DNA of 25,231 bases, from the IMG/VR virus record IMGVR_UViG_3300020044_004939, positions 1-25,231 of that record; one strand, given 5' to 3'. The stretch's first letter is position 1. Every line of letters starts with the position of its first letter. The notes beneath the pieces were generated by a model, which was given only the letters and a program-made list of their open reading frames with translations, ran no database searches and was not told the DNA's origin. Shown here piece after piece: positions 6,839-14,487 of this stretch. A program made the position numbers and the translations under genes. Source of the stretch: a virus. Lineage: Duplodnaviria > Caudoviricetes.

Positions 6839-7624
6839 ATGCACTACTACAAGAAAAACATTGGCGACTATGCCAAGAAGACTGGACGTCTGTCCATGCT
6901 TCAACATGGGGCTTATACCCTCCTCATTGACGCCTGTTACGACAGGGAGCGTTTTCCCACATTAGCTGAGGCCATTGACTGGACATGGGCTTTTAGCAAA
7001 GATGAGATCGAAGCTGTGGAGTTTGTTTTGCGTCGATTCTTTGATCTTGAAGACGGTGTTTATGTTCAAAGCCATATCCGTGAGGAAATTGGTGATTACC
7101 ACGCCAAGTCAACGACTAATAAACGAATTGCCGACGATAGAGAGTCAAAGCGTAAAGCTAATGCGGCGACTTGCGAACGAAACGTACACGCTTCGTTACC
7201 GAGCGTAAACGAAGCGCCACCTAACCAAGAACCAATAACCAATAACCAGGAACCATCTATTAAAGAAGCTAACGCTTCTTTGTCGGGAACGACGTTCCCA
7301 ACTTGCCCGTACAAAAAACTGATTCAGCTTTGGGCAAAGCATTTGCCGCACCTGACTCAGCCGAGATCGTGGGAAGGCAGCAGACAGGCCAGCATGAAAC
7401 AGCGGTGGATTCAGGCTGGAAAACCATCCGACTACTCGCCCGAAGGCTATGCCACTACCGAGGCTGGTTTGAAGTGGTGGGACTCGTTCTTTTCCTACAT
7501 CGCAAGCGACACCAAACTTGCCGTTGGCTTTGAAAACAATGGGCGGACATGGCAGCCAGACCTTGAATGGGTCGTGAACGCATCGAATTTTCAAAAAATC
7601 ATTGACGGGAAGTACAACAAATGA
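6839..7624 (+). CDS. DUF1376/YdaU-family phage replication initiator-like protein
   Basis: MHYYKKNIGDYAKKTGRLSMLQHGAYTLLIDACY N-terminus; C-terminal W.PDLEWVV..SNFQKIIDGKY typical of phage replisome organisers. Confidence 0.88.
   Translation: MHYYKKNIGDYAKKTGRLSMLQHGAYTLLIDACYDRERFPTLAEAIDWTWAFSKDEIEAVEFVLRRFFDLEDGVYVQSHIREEIGDYHAKSTTNKRIADDRESKRKANAATCERNVHASLPSVNEAPPNQEPITNNQEPSIKEANASLSGTTFPTCPYKKLIQLWAKHLPHLTQPRSWEGSRQASMKQRWIQAGKPSDYSPEGYATTEAGLKWWDSFFSYIASDTKLAVGFENNGRTWQPDLEWVVNASNFQKIIDGKYNK
7166..7256 (+). repeat. Putative intragenic replication origin: ~11-bp ACGnnnCGT-type repeats followed by 7-bp AACCA(A/G)N tandem repeats
   Basis: ACGAAACGTAC/ACGCTTCGTTA/CCGAGCGTAA/ACGAAGCGCCA, then AACCAAG AACCAAT AACCAAT AACCAGG AACCAT (7223-7256). 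Confidence 0.6.
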
Positions 7625-7908
7625 ACAAGTGCCTCAAATGCGGAAGCTATGCGTTCAACTTATGGAGAGACGACATTGACCAAGGCGCATTATGTGATGT
7701 TCATTACTGGCAAGGCAGGGCGCATCGTGCCGAAGCATAGGCAGAAAAGCCTGGTTGTTTTTGGCAACGCGAAGATGATGACCATATGCCCGACACGTGG
7801 CGCAGCGAGTGCGGAGTGCTTTGGACATTTACAGACGGCGGCCCAACAGAAAATGACATGAAGCATTGCTGTGGCTGTGGCGCAAAACTTCAGGAGCAAA
7901 ACAAATGA
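7621..7908 (+). pseudogene. Cys-rich protein gene interrupted by a single in-frame TAG (7738-7740)
   Basis: 96-codon frame ATGA-coupled at both ends; part after TAG is paralogous to the C-terminus of 3706-4101. Confidence 0.8.
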
Positions 7909-8207
7909 GCTTTGCAAAACCAAAAGCCGCCCAAGGCGCAACCATCGACGATTACCAAAAACTTCAATGCACACACCCCGGTTGTGGCGCTCGCTGGTCC
8001 GTGATGATTGACAAGCCAAAATGTTCAAGGCATCAATGGGGAGCGCCAGACACCGCAAAACCAATCCCATTTTCAAACATGCCACCAACAGACGGCAAGG
8101 ATTGGGCACGGCGCATTGTGAAGTTGAGCGAAGAAGGTTTTGAAATCCGTCCAATTAGCTTGAAGTTTGCAAAGCAGGCGCTTGGCATTTTCGGGGTGTC
8201 GCAATGA
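7905..8207 (+). CDS. Hypothetical protein (start MSFAKPK), Cys/His-containing
   Basis: AGGAG SD, ATGA coupling at both ends; CTHPGC...CSRHQW and DGKDWARRI motifs. Confidence 0.75.
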   Translation: MSFAKPKAAQGATIDDYQKLQCTHPGCGARWSVMIDKPKCSRHQWGAPDTAKPIPFSNMPPTDGKDWARRIVKLSEEGFEIRPISLKFAKQALGIFGVSQ

Positions 8208-8410
8208 ATCTTGATCAATTGATGACCCAGCTCAAGGATGCTGGCGCAAACGAAAACACATTGTCTCTCGCTAAAAATTGCTTTGAGCTTGGGCGTGCAA
8301 ACGCTGGCATGGAAATGGTCGACATGATCAAAAAATCGTTTATCGACGGCTACACCCAAGCATTGAACGAGCGAGACGCCGAGCAACAAAAACCCGAAAT
8401 TTTGAATTGA
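8204..8410 (+). CDS. Hypothetical protein
   Basis: 68-aa ORF, ATGA-coupled. Confidence 0.7.
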   Translation: MNLDQLMTQLKDAGANENTLSLAKNCFELGRANAGMEMVDMIKKSFIDGYTQALNERDAEQQKPEILN

Positions 8411-8445
8411 GAAAAAAATGAAAATGCAAATTGAAAGAGTCACAA

Positions 8446-8664
8446 ATGTCACTCGACGAAGCTGGGGAGTACCAAAGGATGAAAAAACATCTTGTTTGGA
8501 TGGCGTCAATGCCGGGGGCGAAAGCACATGCCAGCCATCGGGCGAAGGAGCTGGACTCGGACAAGTCGGGGCTGTACTCGGGGATTTACAACGACGTGAA
8601 GGCCACCCTGTTGCAATTAAAGGCCGAAGAGGCCGCAGCGGGAGATGGGCAGGCAGTACGGTAG
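8446..8664 (+). CDS. Hypothetical protein (MSLDEAGEYQRMKKHLVWMASMPG...)
   Basis: Protein-like composition; overlapped by an alternative frame 8418-8849. Confidence 0.55.
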   Translation: MSLDEAGEYQRMKKHLVWMASMPGAKAHASHRAKELDSDKSGLYSGIYNDVKATLLQLKAEEAAAGDGQAVR

Positions 8665-8845
8665 GTGTCCGCCCGCCTGAGCGCGGGGAGACGCCTCTTA
8701 GCCCCGAGGAAGTCGCTCACGGCATCGAGCATTCGATCATCGAGCACGTCATGCCCATCGTGCAAATCGTCAAGCCTATGGGCGCGTGGGCTAAGTCGAA
8801 CATTCACTTAATGGCTAAGGCGCACCCTTTTGACGGGTTGCTGGC

Positions 8846-9061
8846 ATGAGCAAGAGTTGCGCTCTGTGTGGCCGCATCACCTTAAAACCCGCCGTGCTGA
8901 TCGCTGGTCACCCTGTTGGCCCCAAGTGCGCAAAGCGTGCCAACCTAATGCCGCTGGCAAAGCGCAAGCTCGGACTGGTTTTCCCCGTAACGGGAAGAAA
9001 GCACGTCGTGAAGCGTGAGAGCCGCACGTTGGATTTATTTGAAGATGGGGTAGTCGAATGA
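8846..9061 (+). CDS. Small Zn-binding-like protein (CALCGR...GPKCA) with TLDLF motif
   Basis: 71-aa ORF, ATGA-coupled to neighbours. Confidence 0.7.
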   Translation: MSKSCALCGRITLKPAVLIAGHPVGPKCAKRANLMPLAKRKLGLVFPVTGRKHVVKRESRTLDLFEDGVVE

Positions 9062-9354
9062 AAATTTACATCAGCGGCCCAATGACCGGCCTACCGGAGT
9101 TCAACAAGCACGCATTCAATGCGGCGGCGGCGGAGCTGCGAAAGCGCGGCTACGAGGTGGCGAACCCGGTGGAAAACGGCGTGCCAGAAACCGCCCCGTG
9201 GGAAACCCACATGAAAGCAGACATCAAAATGTTGATGGATTGTGATGCAGTGGCAATCCTGCCGGGCGCGGATGAAAGCAGGGGCGCGACCGAAGAGGTG
9301 CGCATTGCAAGAATATTGGGTTTGTTGTGCAAGAGTTATGCGAGGTGGCTATGA
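9058..9354 (+). CDS. DUF4406 / nucleoside deoxyribosyltransferase-like fold protein
   Basis: KIYISGPMTGLPEFN..AF..AA..LR..G..V.NP, MLMDCDAVAILPG..ESRGA.EE motifs. Confidence 0.88.
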   Translation: MKIYISGPMTGLPEFNKHAFNAAAAELRKRGYEVANPVENGVPETAPWETHMKADIKMLMDCDAVAILPGADESRGATEEVRIARILGLLCKSYARWL

Positions 9355-9419
9355 GCACCACAAAACCCGAAAAGGCTGACGTCGGTATGTTAGATTTATT
9401 CGGTGGAGGAGGCGCATGA
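9351..9419 (+). CDS. 22-aa stub ORF MSTTKPEKADVGMLDLFGGGGA
   Basis: GAGG SD, ATGA-coupled at both ends. Confidence 0.45.
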   Translation: MSTTKPEKADVGMLDLFGGGGA

Positions 9420-9898
9420 ATACAAAGCATGAAAGACAATCAAGCATGACGACGAAATCACACAAAGCCAAAGTTCCAGCAAAGCGAACAAAGCCTGGCA
9501 GTGAAGACCGCGCCACAATCAGCGCACAAGTGCTCGAAGGAATGCGCAGCGGTCTGAGCGCTTTCAAAGCGTGCAAAAAAGCTGGGGTAAATCAAAGCAC
9601 GTTTAATTTGTGGCTCAATGATGATGCCGACCTCGCTGCACAATACGCGCGCGCGCGCGAGGACTTGCTTGAGATGATGGCCAGCGACATACTCGACATT
9701 GCCGATCGTCCAGTTGGATCGACTGACTCAGGTGCAACTGACTCGGGCGCGGTGGCTGACAAGAAGGTCCAAATCGACACACGCAAATGGCTTCTCTCAA
9801 AGCTGGCCCCAAAGAAATACGGCGACAAGCTGGAAGTTTCGGGCGATTCGGCAAATCCGCTGGTCACGCGCATTGAGCGAGTGGTGGTGAAATCGTGA
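9416..9898 (+). CDS. terS: Terminase small subunit
   Basis: HTH (ACKKAGVNQSTFNLWL), QYARARE, ILDIAD, KVQIDTRKWLLSKLAPKKYGDK; upstream of TerL. Confidence 0.9.
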   Translation: MNTKHERQSSMTTKSHKAKVPAKRTKPGSEDRATISAQVLEGMRSGLSAFKACKKAGVNQSTFNLWLNDDADLAAQYARAREDLLEMMASDILDIADRPVGSTDSGATDSGAVADKKVQIDTRKWLLSKLAPKKYGDKLEVSGDSANPLVTRIERVVVKS

Positions 9899-9958
9899 GT
9901 AAATTGACCGATAATCTTCGGGCAGTTGGTTCAAGCCCTTGGGCGGGATTGGGGTGAG

Positions 9959-10714
9959 ATGAAAGCCGACATTATTAAAATGATGAATACCCTTGGCCAC
10001 CGGCATGATTCATGGCGGGTGTTCAGCGACTTTGTAGAAATGGCCGCAATCAGCATTGCCAATGCCTGCGATCAATTCCATCCAGACCGAGAAAAGCGCG
10101 AAGCCAGATACATGGAGATCATCAAGCCTTACACGCCTGATGAACTGAGCGAATTTGCAAAAATGTTTGGCTTGCTTACAGAGGAACTTGAGAAAGAACC
10201 AACTGATGTTCTTGGTCAGATCTTCATGGAAATGGACTTAGGATCAAAATGGCATGGTCAATTCTTCACGCCTTACAGACTCTGCAAAGCCATCACAGCA
10301 ATGATGAGTGAGGACCTCGATGAGCAGATCAAGAAGAAAGGCTTTGTCACCGTGCATGAACCAGCATCTGGTGGCGGGGCAATGCTGATCGCTTTCGCAG
10401 AATCCATGCAGCAACGAAAGATCAACTTTCAGCAACACCTGCACGTAACAGCCCAAGACCTAGACCTTAAAGCAGTGCATATGAGCTACGTTCAGTTGTC
10501 ATTGCTTGGTATTCCGGCTATGGTTGTCCACGGAAACACGCTCTTGAACGAATCAAGAAGCGTTTGGTATACACCTATGCACATCCTGGGTGGTTGGAAT
10601 TACAAATTGCGTAGAGACAATAACGCCATCGCAGAAGTCAAAGAAGCATTAGAGCCGATCATTCAAAACGTCCCATTTGGTGATTCTGTAGTGCAGCAAG
10701 GAAGCCTATTTTGA
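9959..10714 (+). CDS. N-6 DNA methylase (HsdM-like SAM-binding fold) family protein lacking an NPP(Y/F) motif
   Basis: DVLGQIFME, GQFFTP (motif X), EPASGGGAML (motif I), AQDLD, HGNTL; ends QGSLF. Confidence 0.85.
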   Translation: MKADIIKMMNTLGHRHDSWRVFSDFVEMAAISIANACDQFHPDREKREARYMEIIKPYTPDELSEFAKMFGLLTEELEKEPTDVLGQIFMEMDLGSKWHGQFFTPYRLCKAITAMMSEDLDEQIKKKGFVTVHEPASGGGAMLIAFAESMQQRKINFQQHLHVTAQDLDLKAVHMSYVQLSLLGIPAMVVHGNTLLNESRSVWYTPMHILGGWNYKLRRDNNAIAEVKEALEPIIQNVPFGDSVVQQGSLF

Positions 10715-11934
10715 CAACCCTGCAACTCCCAACGCCAGAATGGGCCTTGCCCCTGCTCAACCCCAGCCGCTACAAAGGCGCATGGGGTGGCCGTGGCTCC
10801 GGCAAGTCCCACATGTTCGCCGAGCTCATGATCGAGGCCCACATCCTCGACCAGAAGCGGCGCAGCGTCTGTGTGCGTGAGATTCAGAAGTCTCTCAACC
10901 AGTCCGTCAAACGCCTGCTTGAGACAAAGATCGAGCAGATGAATGCTGGCGCGTACTTCGAGGTGCAGGAAGCCGTGATCAAGTCCAAGAAGGGCGATGG
11001 CATGATCATCTTCCAGGGTATGCAGAACCACACAGCTGACTCAATCAAATCACTTGAGGGCTACGACTGCGCCTGGGTGGAGGAAGCCCAATCCTTGAGC
11101 CAGACCAGCCTTGACCTACTGCGGCCCACTATCAGAAAGCCCGAGTCCGAACTCTGGTTCACATGGAACCCACGCCAGCAGTCAGACCCGGTGGATCATC
11201 TGCTCCGAGGCCCGACACCGCCAAAGGATGCGACCGTCCTCAAGGTCAACTTCACCGATAACCCGTGGTTTCCCGATGTCCTGCGCGACGAGATGGAATA
11301 CGACAAGAGGCGTGACCCAGACAAATATCAGCACGTTTGGATGGGCGGCTACCTGACCAACAGCAATACCCGTGTATTCAAGAACTGGAAAGTCGAGGAG
11401 TTCGAGGCACCGAAGGACGCCATCCACCGCCTCGGCGCTGACTGGGGTTTCTCCATCGACCCCACCACCTTGGTGCGCTGCCACATCATTGGCCGCACCC
11501 TCTACATCGACTACGAGGCTTACATGGTCGGCTGCGAGATCGTGAACACCCCAGAGCTGTTCATGACTGTGCCGGAGGCAGAAAAGTGGCCCATCGTTGC
11601 TGACAGCGCCCGTCCCGAGACAATCAGCCACATGAAAAAGAACGGGTTTCCAAAGATCATGACAGCGGTCAAAGGGCCGAAGTCAGTTGAGGAAGGCATA
11701 GAGTTTTTGAAGAACTACGACATCGTCGTGCATCCTCGGTGCATCCACACAATTGACGAACTCACCCTCTACAGCTACAAGCAAGACCCGCTAACGGGGA
11801 AAATCTTACCCGTGCTTGAGGACAAGAAAAACCACGTCATTGACGCCCTGCGCTACGCCTGCGAAGCCGTGCGCCGCTCCGGTGCAGCCAAGCCCGCCAG
11901 CTTTACACCATTGCCCACCGCCCACCGTTGGTGA
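10711..11934 (+). CDS. terL: Terminase large subunit, PBSX family
   Basis: Walker A GGRGSGKS, VREIQKSL, IKSLEG, Walker B WVEEA, TWNP, nuclease GADWG...ADSA...NHVIDALRY. Confidence 0.96.
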   Translation: MTTLQLPTPEWALPLLNPSRYKGAWGGRGSGKSHMFAELMIEAHILDQKRRSVCVREIQKSLNQSVKRLLETKIEQMNAGAYFEVQEAVIKSKKGDGMIIFQGMQNHTADSIKSLEGYDCAWVEEAQSLSQTSLDLLRPTIRKPESELWFTWNPRQQSDPVDHLLRGPTPPKDATVLKVNFTDNPWFPDVLRDEMEYDKRRDPDKYQHVWMGGYLTNSNTRVFKNWKVEEFEAPKDAIHRLGADWGFSIDPTTLVRCHIIGRTLYIDYEAYMVGCEIVNTPELFMTVPEAEKWPIVADSARPETISHMKKNGFPKIMTAVKGPKSVEEGIEFLKNYDIVVHPRCIHTIDELTLYSYKQDPLTGKILPVLEDKKNHVIDALRYACEAVRRSGAAKPASFTPLPTAHRW

Positions 11935-11964
11935 GACAATCGCACAAATTGAGGAAATCCACCC

Positions 11965-14346
11965 ATGGCCCGAATCTCTAACGACCAACGCCTCTCCAAC
12001 CTGCACGCCGAAGCCCTCGCGCAATTCGATGATGTGCAAAGCGCACTGCGCGATGAACGCCAACAATGCCTCCAAGACCGGCGCTTCTACTCGCTTGCTG
12101 GCGCTCAGTGGGAAGGCCCACTCGAACAACAGTACGAGAACAAACCCAAGTTTGAAGTAAACAAGGTCATGCTTGCCGTCATTCGCGTGGTCAACGAGTA
12201 CCGAAACAACCGCATCACGGTTGACTTCGTTTCGAAGGACGGCGAAGACAATGACAAACTGGCCGAAGTTTGCGATGGCCTTTATCGTGCCGATGAACAA
12301 GCATCAGTAGCCGATGAAGCATACGATAACGCCTTCGAGGAAGCAGTCGGCGGCGGCATCGGGGCATGGCGTTTGCGCACAGTCTACGAAGACGAGGAAA
12401 ACGACGAGGACGACCGCCAGCGCATCAGGATCGAGCCCATCTTCGACGCTGACAGCTCGGTGTTCTTTGACCTCGGGGCCAAGCGCCAGGACAAGTCCGA
12501 CGCCAAGTATTGCTACGTCGTCACCAGCATGACACGCCAGGCCTACAAAGACACCTGGGGCGACGATCCAACCGACTGGCCAAAGATCATTCACCAGTAT
12601 GAATTCGACTGGTGTACCCCCGATGTTGTTTATGTGGCCGAATACTACAAGGTCGAAGAAAAGACCGAGACCATCCGCATCTTCCAAACCATCACAGGCG
12701 AGGAAGAGCGATACACGGCAGCCGAATTCGAGGCCGACGAAACCCTTGAAGAAACCCTCGCGGCCATTGGCACCCGTGAAATTCGACAAAAGAAAGTCAA
12801 GCGCAAGCGCGTTCACAAGTACATCATGTCCGGCGGCAAAGTGCTCGAAGACTGCGGGTATATCGCAGGAAAGTGCATCCCGATTGTGGTGGTGTACGGC
12901 AAACGCTGGTTTGTCGATAACATCGAGCGATGCATGGGCCACGTGAGATTGGCCAAAGATGCCCAGCGACTCAAGAACATGCAACTGTCCAAGCTGGGTG
13001 AGATCTCAGCGCTGTCGTCAGTCGAGAAGCCAATCCTAACCCCCGAGCAAGTCGCAGGCCATCAGGTCATGTGGTCAGAAGACAACCTCAAGGACTACCC
13101 TTACCTGCTCATCAACCCGATCACTGACCAAAACGGCAACCAGGCCGTGTCTGGGCCTGTCGCCTACACCCGCGCCCCCAACATCCCACCGGCTATGGCC
13201 GCGCTCTTGCAAATCACAGAAACCGACATGCAAGACATTTTGGGCAACCAAGCCGGTGCCGACAAGATGGTCAGCAACATCTCAGGCAAGGCGGTGGAGA
13301 TGATTCAGGCCCGTGTTGACGGCCAGTCATTTATCTACATGAGCAACTTTGCCAAAGGAATGAAGCGCTGCGGCGAAATCTGGCTCTCGATGGCCCGCGA
13401 CGTTTACACCGAGGACAAGCGCAAAATGAAGACCATCGCCCCAACTGGCGAGGCCGGTATGGTCGAATTGATGCAACCCACAATTGATCAGGAAACCGGC
13501 GCAGTGGTCATGGAAAACGACCTCAGCTCTGCCACCTTTGACGTTGTGTCAGATGTTGGCCCATCCAGCAGCAGCAAGAAGCAAGCCACCGTCCGCGCCA
13601 TCACAGGCATGTTGCAAATCACTCAAGACCCCGAGACTGCGCAAGTTCTCACGGCCATGGCGATGATGAACATGGAGGGCGAAGGCCTCAGCGACACCAA
13701 TGCCTACTTTCGCAAGAAGCTCCTGCGAATGGGCGTGGTCAAGCCAACAGACGACGAAGCTCAGGAACTTATGGCCGAGATGCAGAACCAGCCTCAAGAC
13801 CCCAACACGATGTACTTGCAAGCCGCAGCCGAGGAGGCCGAAGCCAAAGCAGCACAAGCCCGTGCAAGCACGATCAAGACAATCGCAGACGCAGAACTCA
13901 GCCAAGCCAAGACAGAAGAAATCTTGGCCGGGATTGGTCAAGAAACGCAGCAAGAAACGCAGCAAACAACTGAACAGGCCCCGCAAAGGATGGACTTGAG
14001 TGAGCGAAAAATGGAGTTAGAAATCATCAAAATGGAGCGCGAGCTTCAAGCGACCGAAGAACGGCACGCTCTAGAAATGATGAATGAAGTCGAAAAAATG
14101 CAGCGCGAAGAAGAATGGCGCACCAAGACGCGATCTGAAATGGATGGCCGAAATGAACAAGTTGGAAACCAATTTAGCGAGGCTGTGAACTCTCTGAAAG
14201 AAGTGGTGCAAATGCAAGCTGAAGCAATACAATTAGCCGCAGAAAAGACAGCTGAAGCCCAAACTAAAACGGCCATCATGTTAACAAAGCCCCGACAAAT
14301 CGTGCGCGAAAAAGGCAAGATCGTTGGCATCAAAATTAAAGAATAA
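11965..14346 (+). CDS. P22 gp1-like portal protein with long C-terminal coiled-coil extension
   Basis: GAQW, KPKFEVNKV, YDNAFEEAVGGGIGAWR, IPIVVVYGKRWFVDNIERCMGHVRLAKDAQRL, SNISGKAVE, DVGPS motifs; follows TerL. Confidence 0.95.
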   Translation: MARISNDQRLSNLHAEALAQFDDVQSALRDERQQCLQDRRFYSLAGAQWEGPLEQQYENKPKFEVNKVMLAVIRVVNEYRNNRITVDFVSKDGEDNDKLAEVCDGLYRADEQASVADEAYDNAFEEAVGGGIGAWRLRTVYEDEENDEDDRQRIRIEPIFDADSSVFFDLGAKRQDKSDAKYCYVVTSMTRQAYKDTWGDDPTDWPKIIHQYEFDWCTPDVVYVAEYYKVEEKTETIRIFQTITGEEERYTAAEFEADETLEETLAAIGTREIRQKKVKRKRVHKYIMSGGKVLEDCGYIAGKCIPIVVVYGKRWFVDNIERCMGHVRLAKDAQRLKNMQLSKLGEISALSSVEKPILTPEQVAGHQVMWSEDNLKDYPYLLINPITDQNGNQAVSGPVAYTRAPNIPPAMAALLQITETDMQDILGNQAGADKMVSNISGKAVEMIQARVDGQSFIYMSNFAKGMKRCGEIWLSMARDVYTEDKRKMKTIAPTGEAGMVELMQPTIDQETGAVVMENDLSSATFDVVSDVGPSSSSKKQATVRAITGMLQITQDPETAQVLTAMAMMNMEGEGLSDTNAYFRKKLLRMGVVKPTDDEAQELMAEMQNQPQDPNTMYLQAAAEEAEAKAAQARASTIKTIADAELSQAKTEEILAGIGQETQQETQQTTEQAPQRMDLSERKMELEIIKMERELQATEERHALEMMNEVEKMQREEEWRTKTRSEMDGRNEQVGNQFSEAVNSLKEVVQMQAEAIQLAAEKTAEAQTKTAIMLTKPRQIVREKGKIVGIKIKE

Positions 14347-14357
14347 GGGGTTAAAAC

Positions 14358-14486
14358 ATGGCAGCCACATCAACAACCATCGCGGGTATCAACTGCTGGC
14401 AATTTAGCGGCACAGTAGTCACGCAGACTGCTGGTACAACAGATACATCTTGGGATTTTCTCAACGACTTGACGGGGAGGGATTGA
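14358..14486 (+). CDS. 42-aa stub ORF MAATSTTIAGINCWQFSGTVVTQTAGTTDTSWDFLNDLTGRD
   Basis: AAGGGG SD; same MAAT start as the next gene; stops 1 nt before it. Confidence 0.55.
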   Translation: MAATSTTIAGINCWQFSGTVVTQTAGTTDTSWDFLNDLTGRD

Positions 14487-14487
14487 C

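Noticed and set aside
9918-9945. tRNA-like GGTTCAAGCCC T-loop
   Set aside because: No proper T-stem, acceptor stem or anticodon arm
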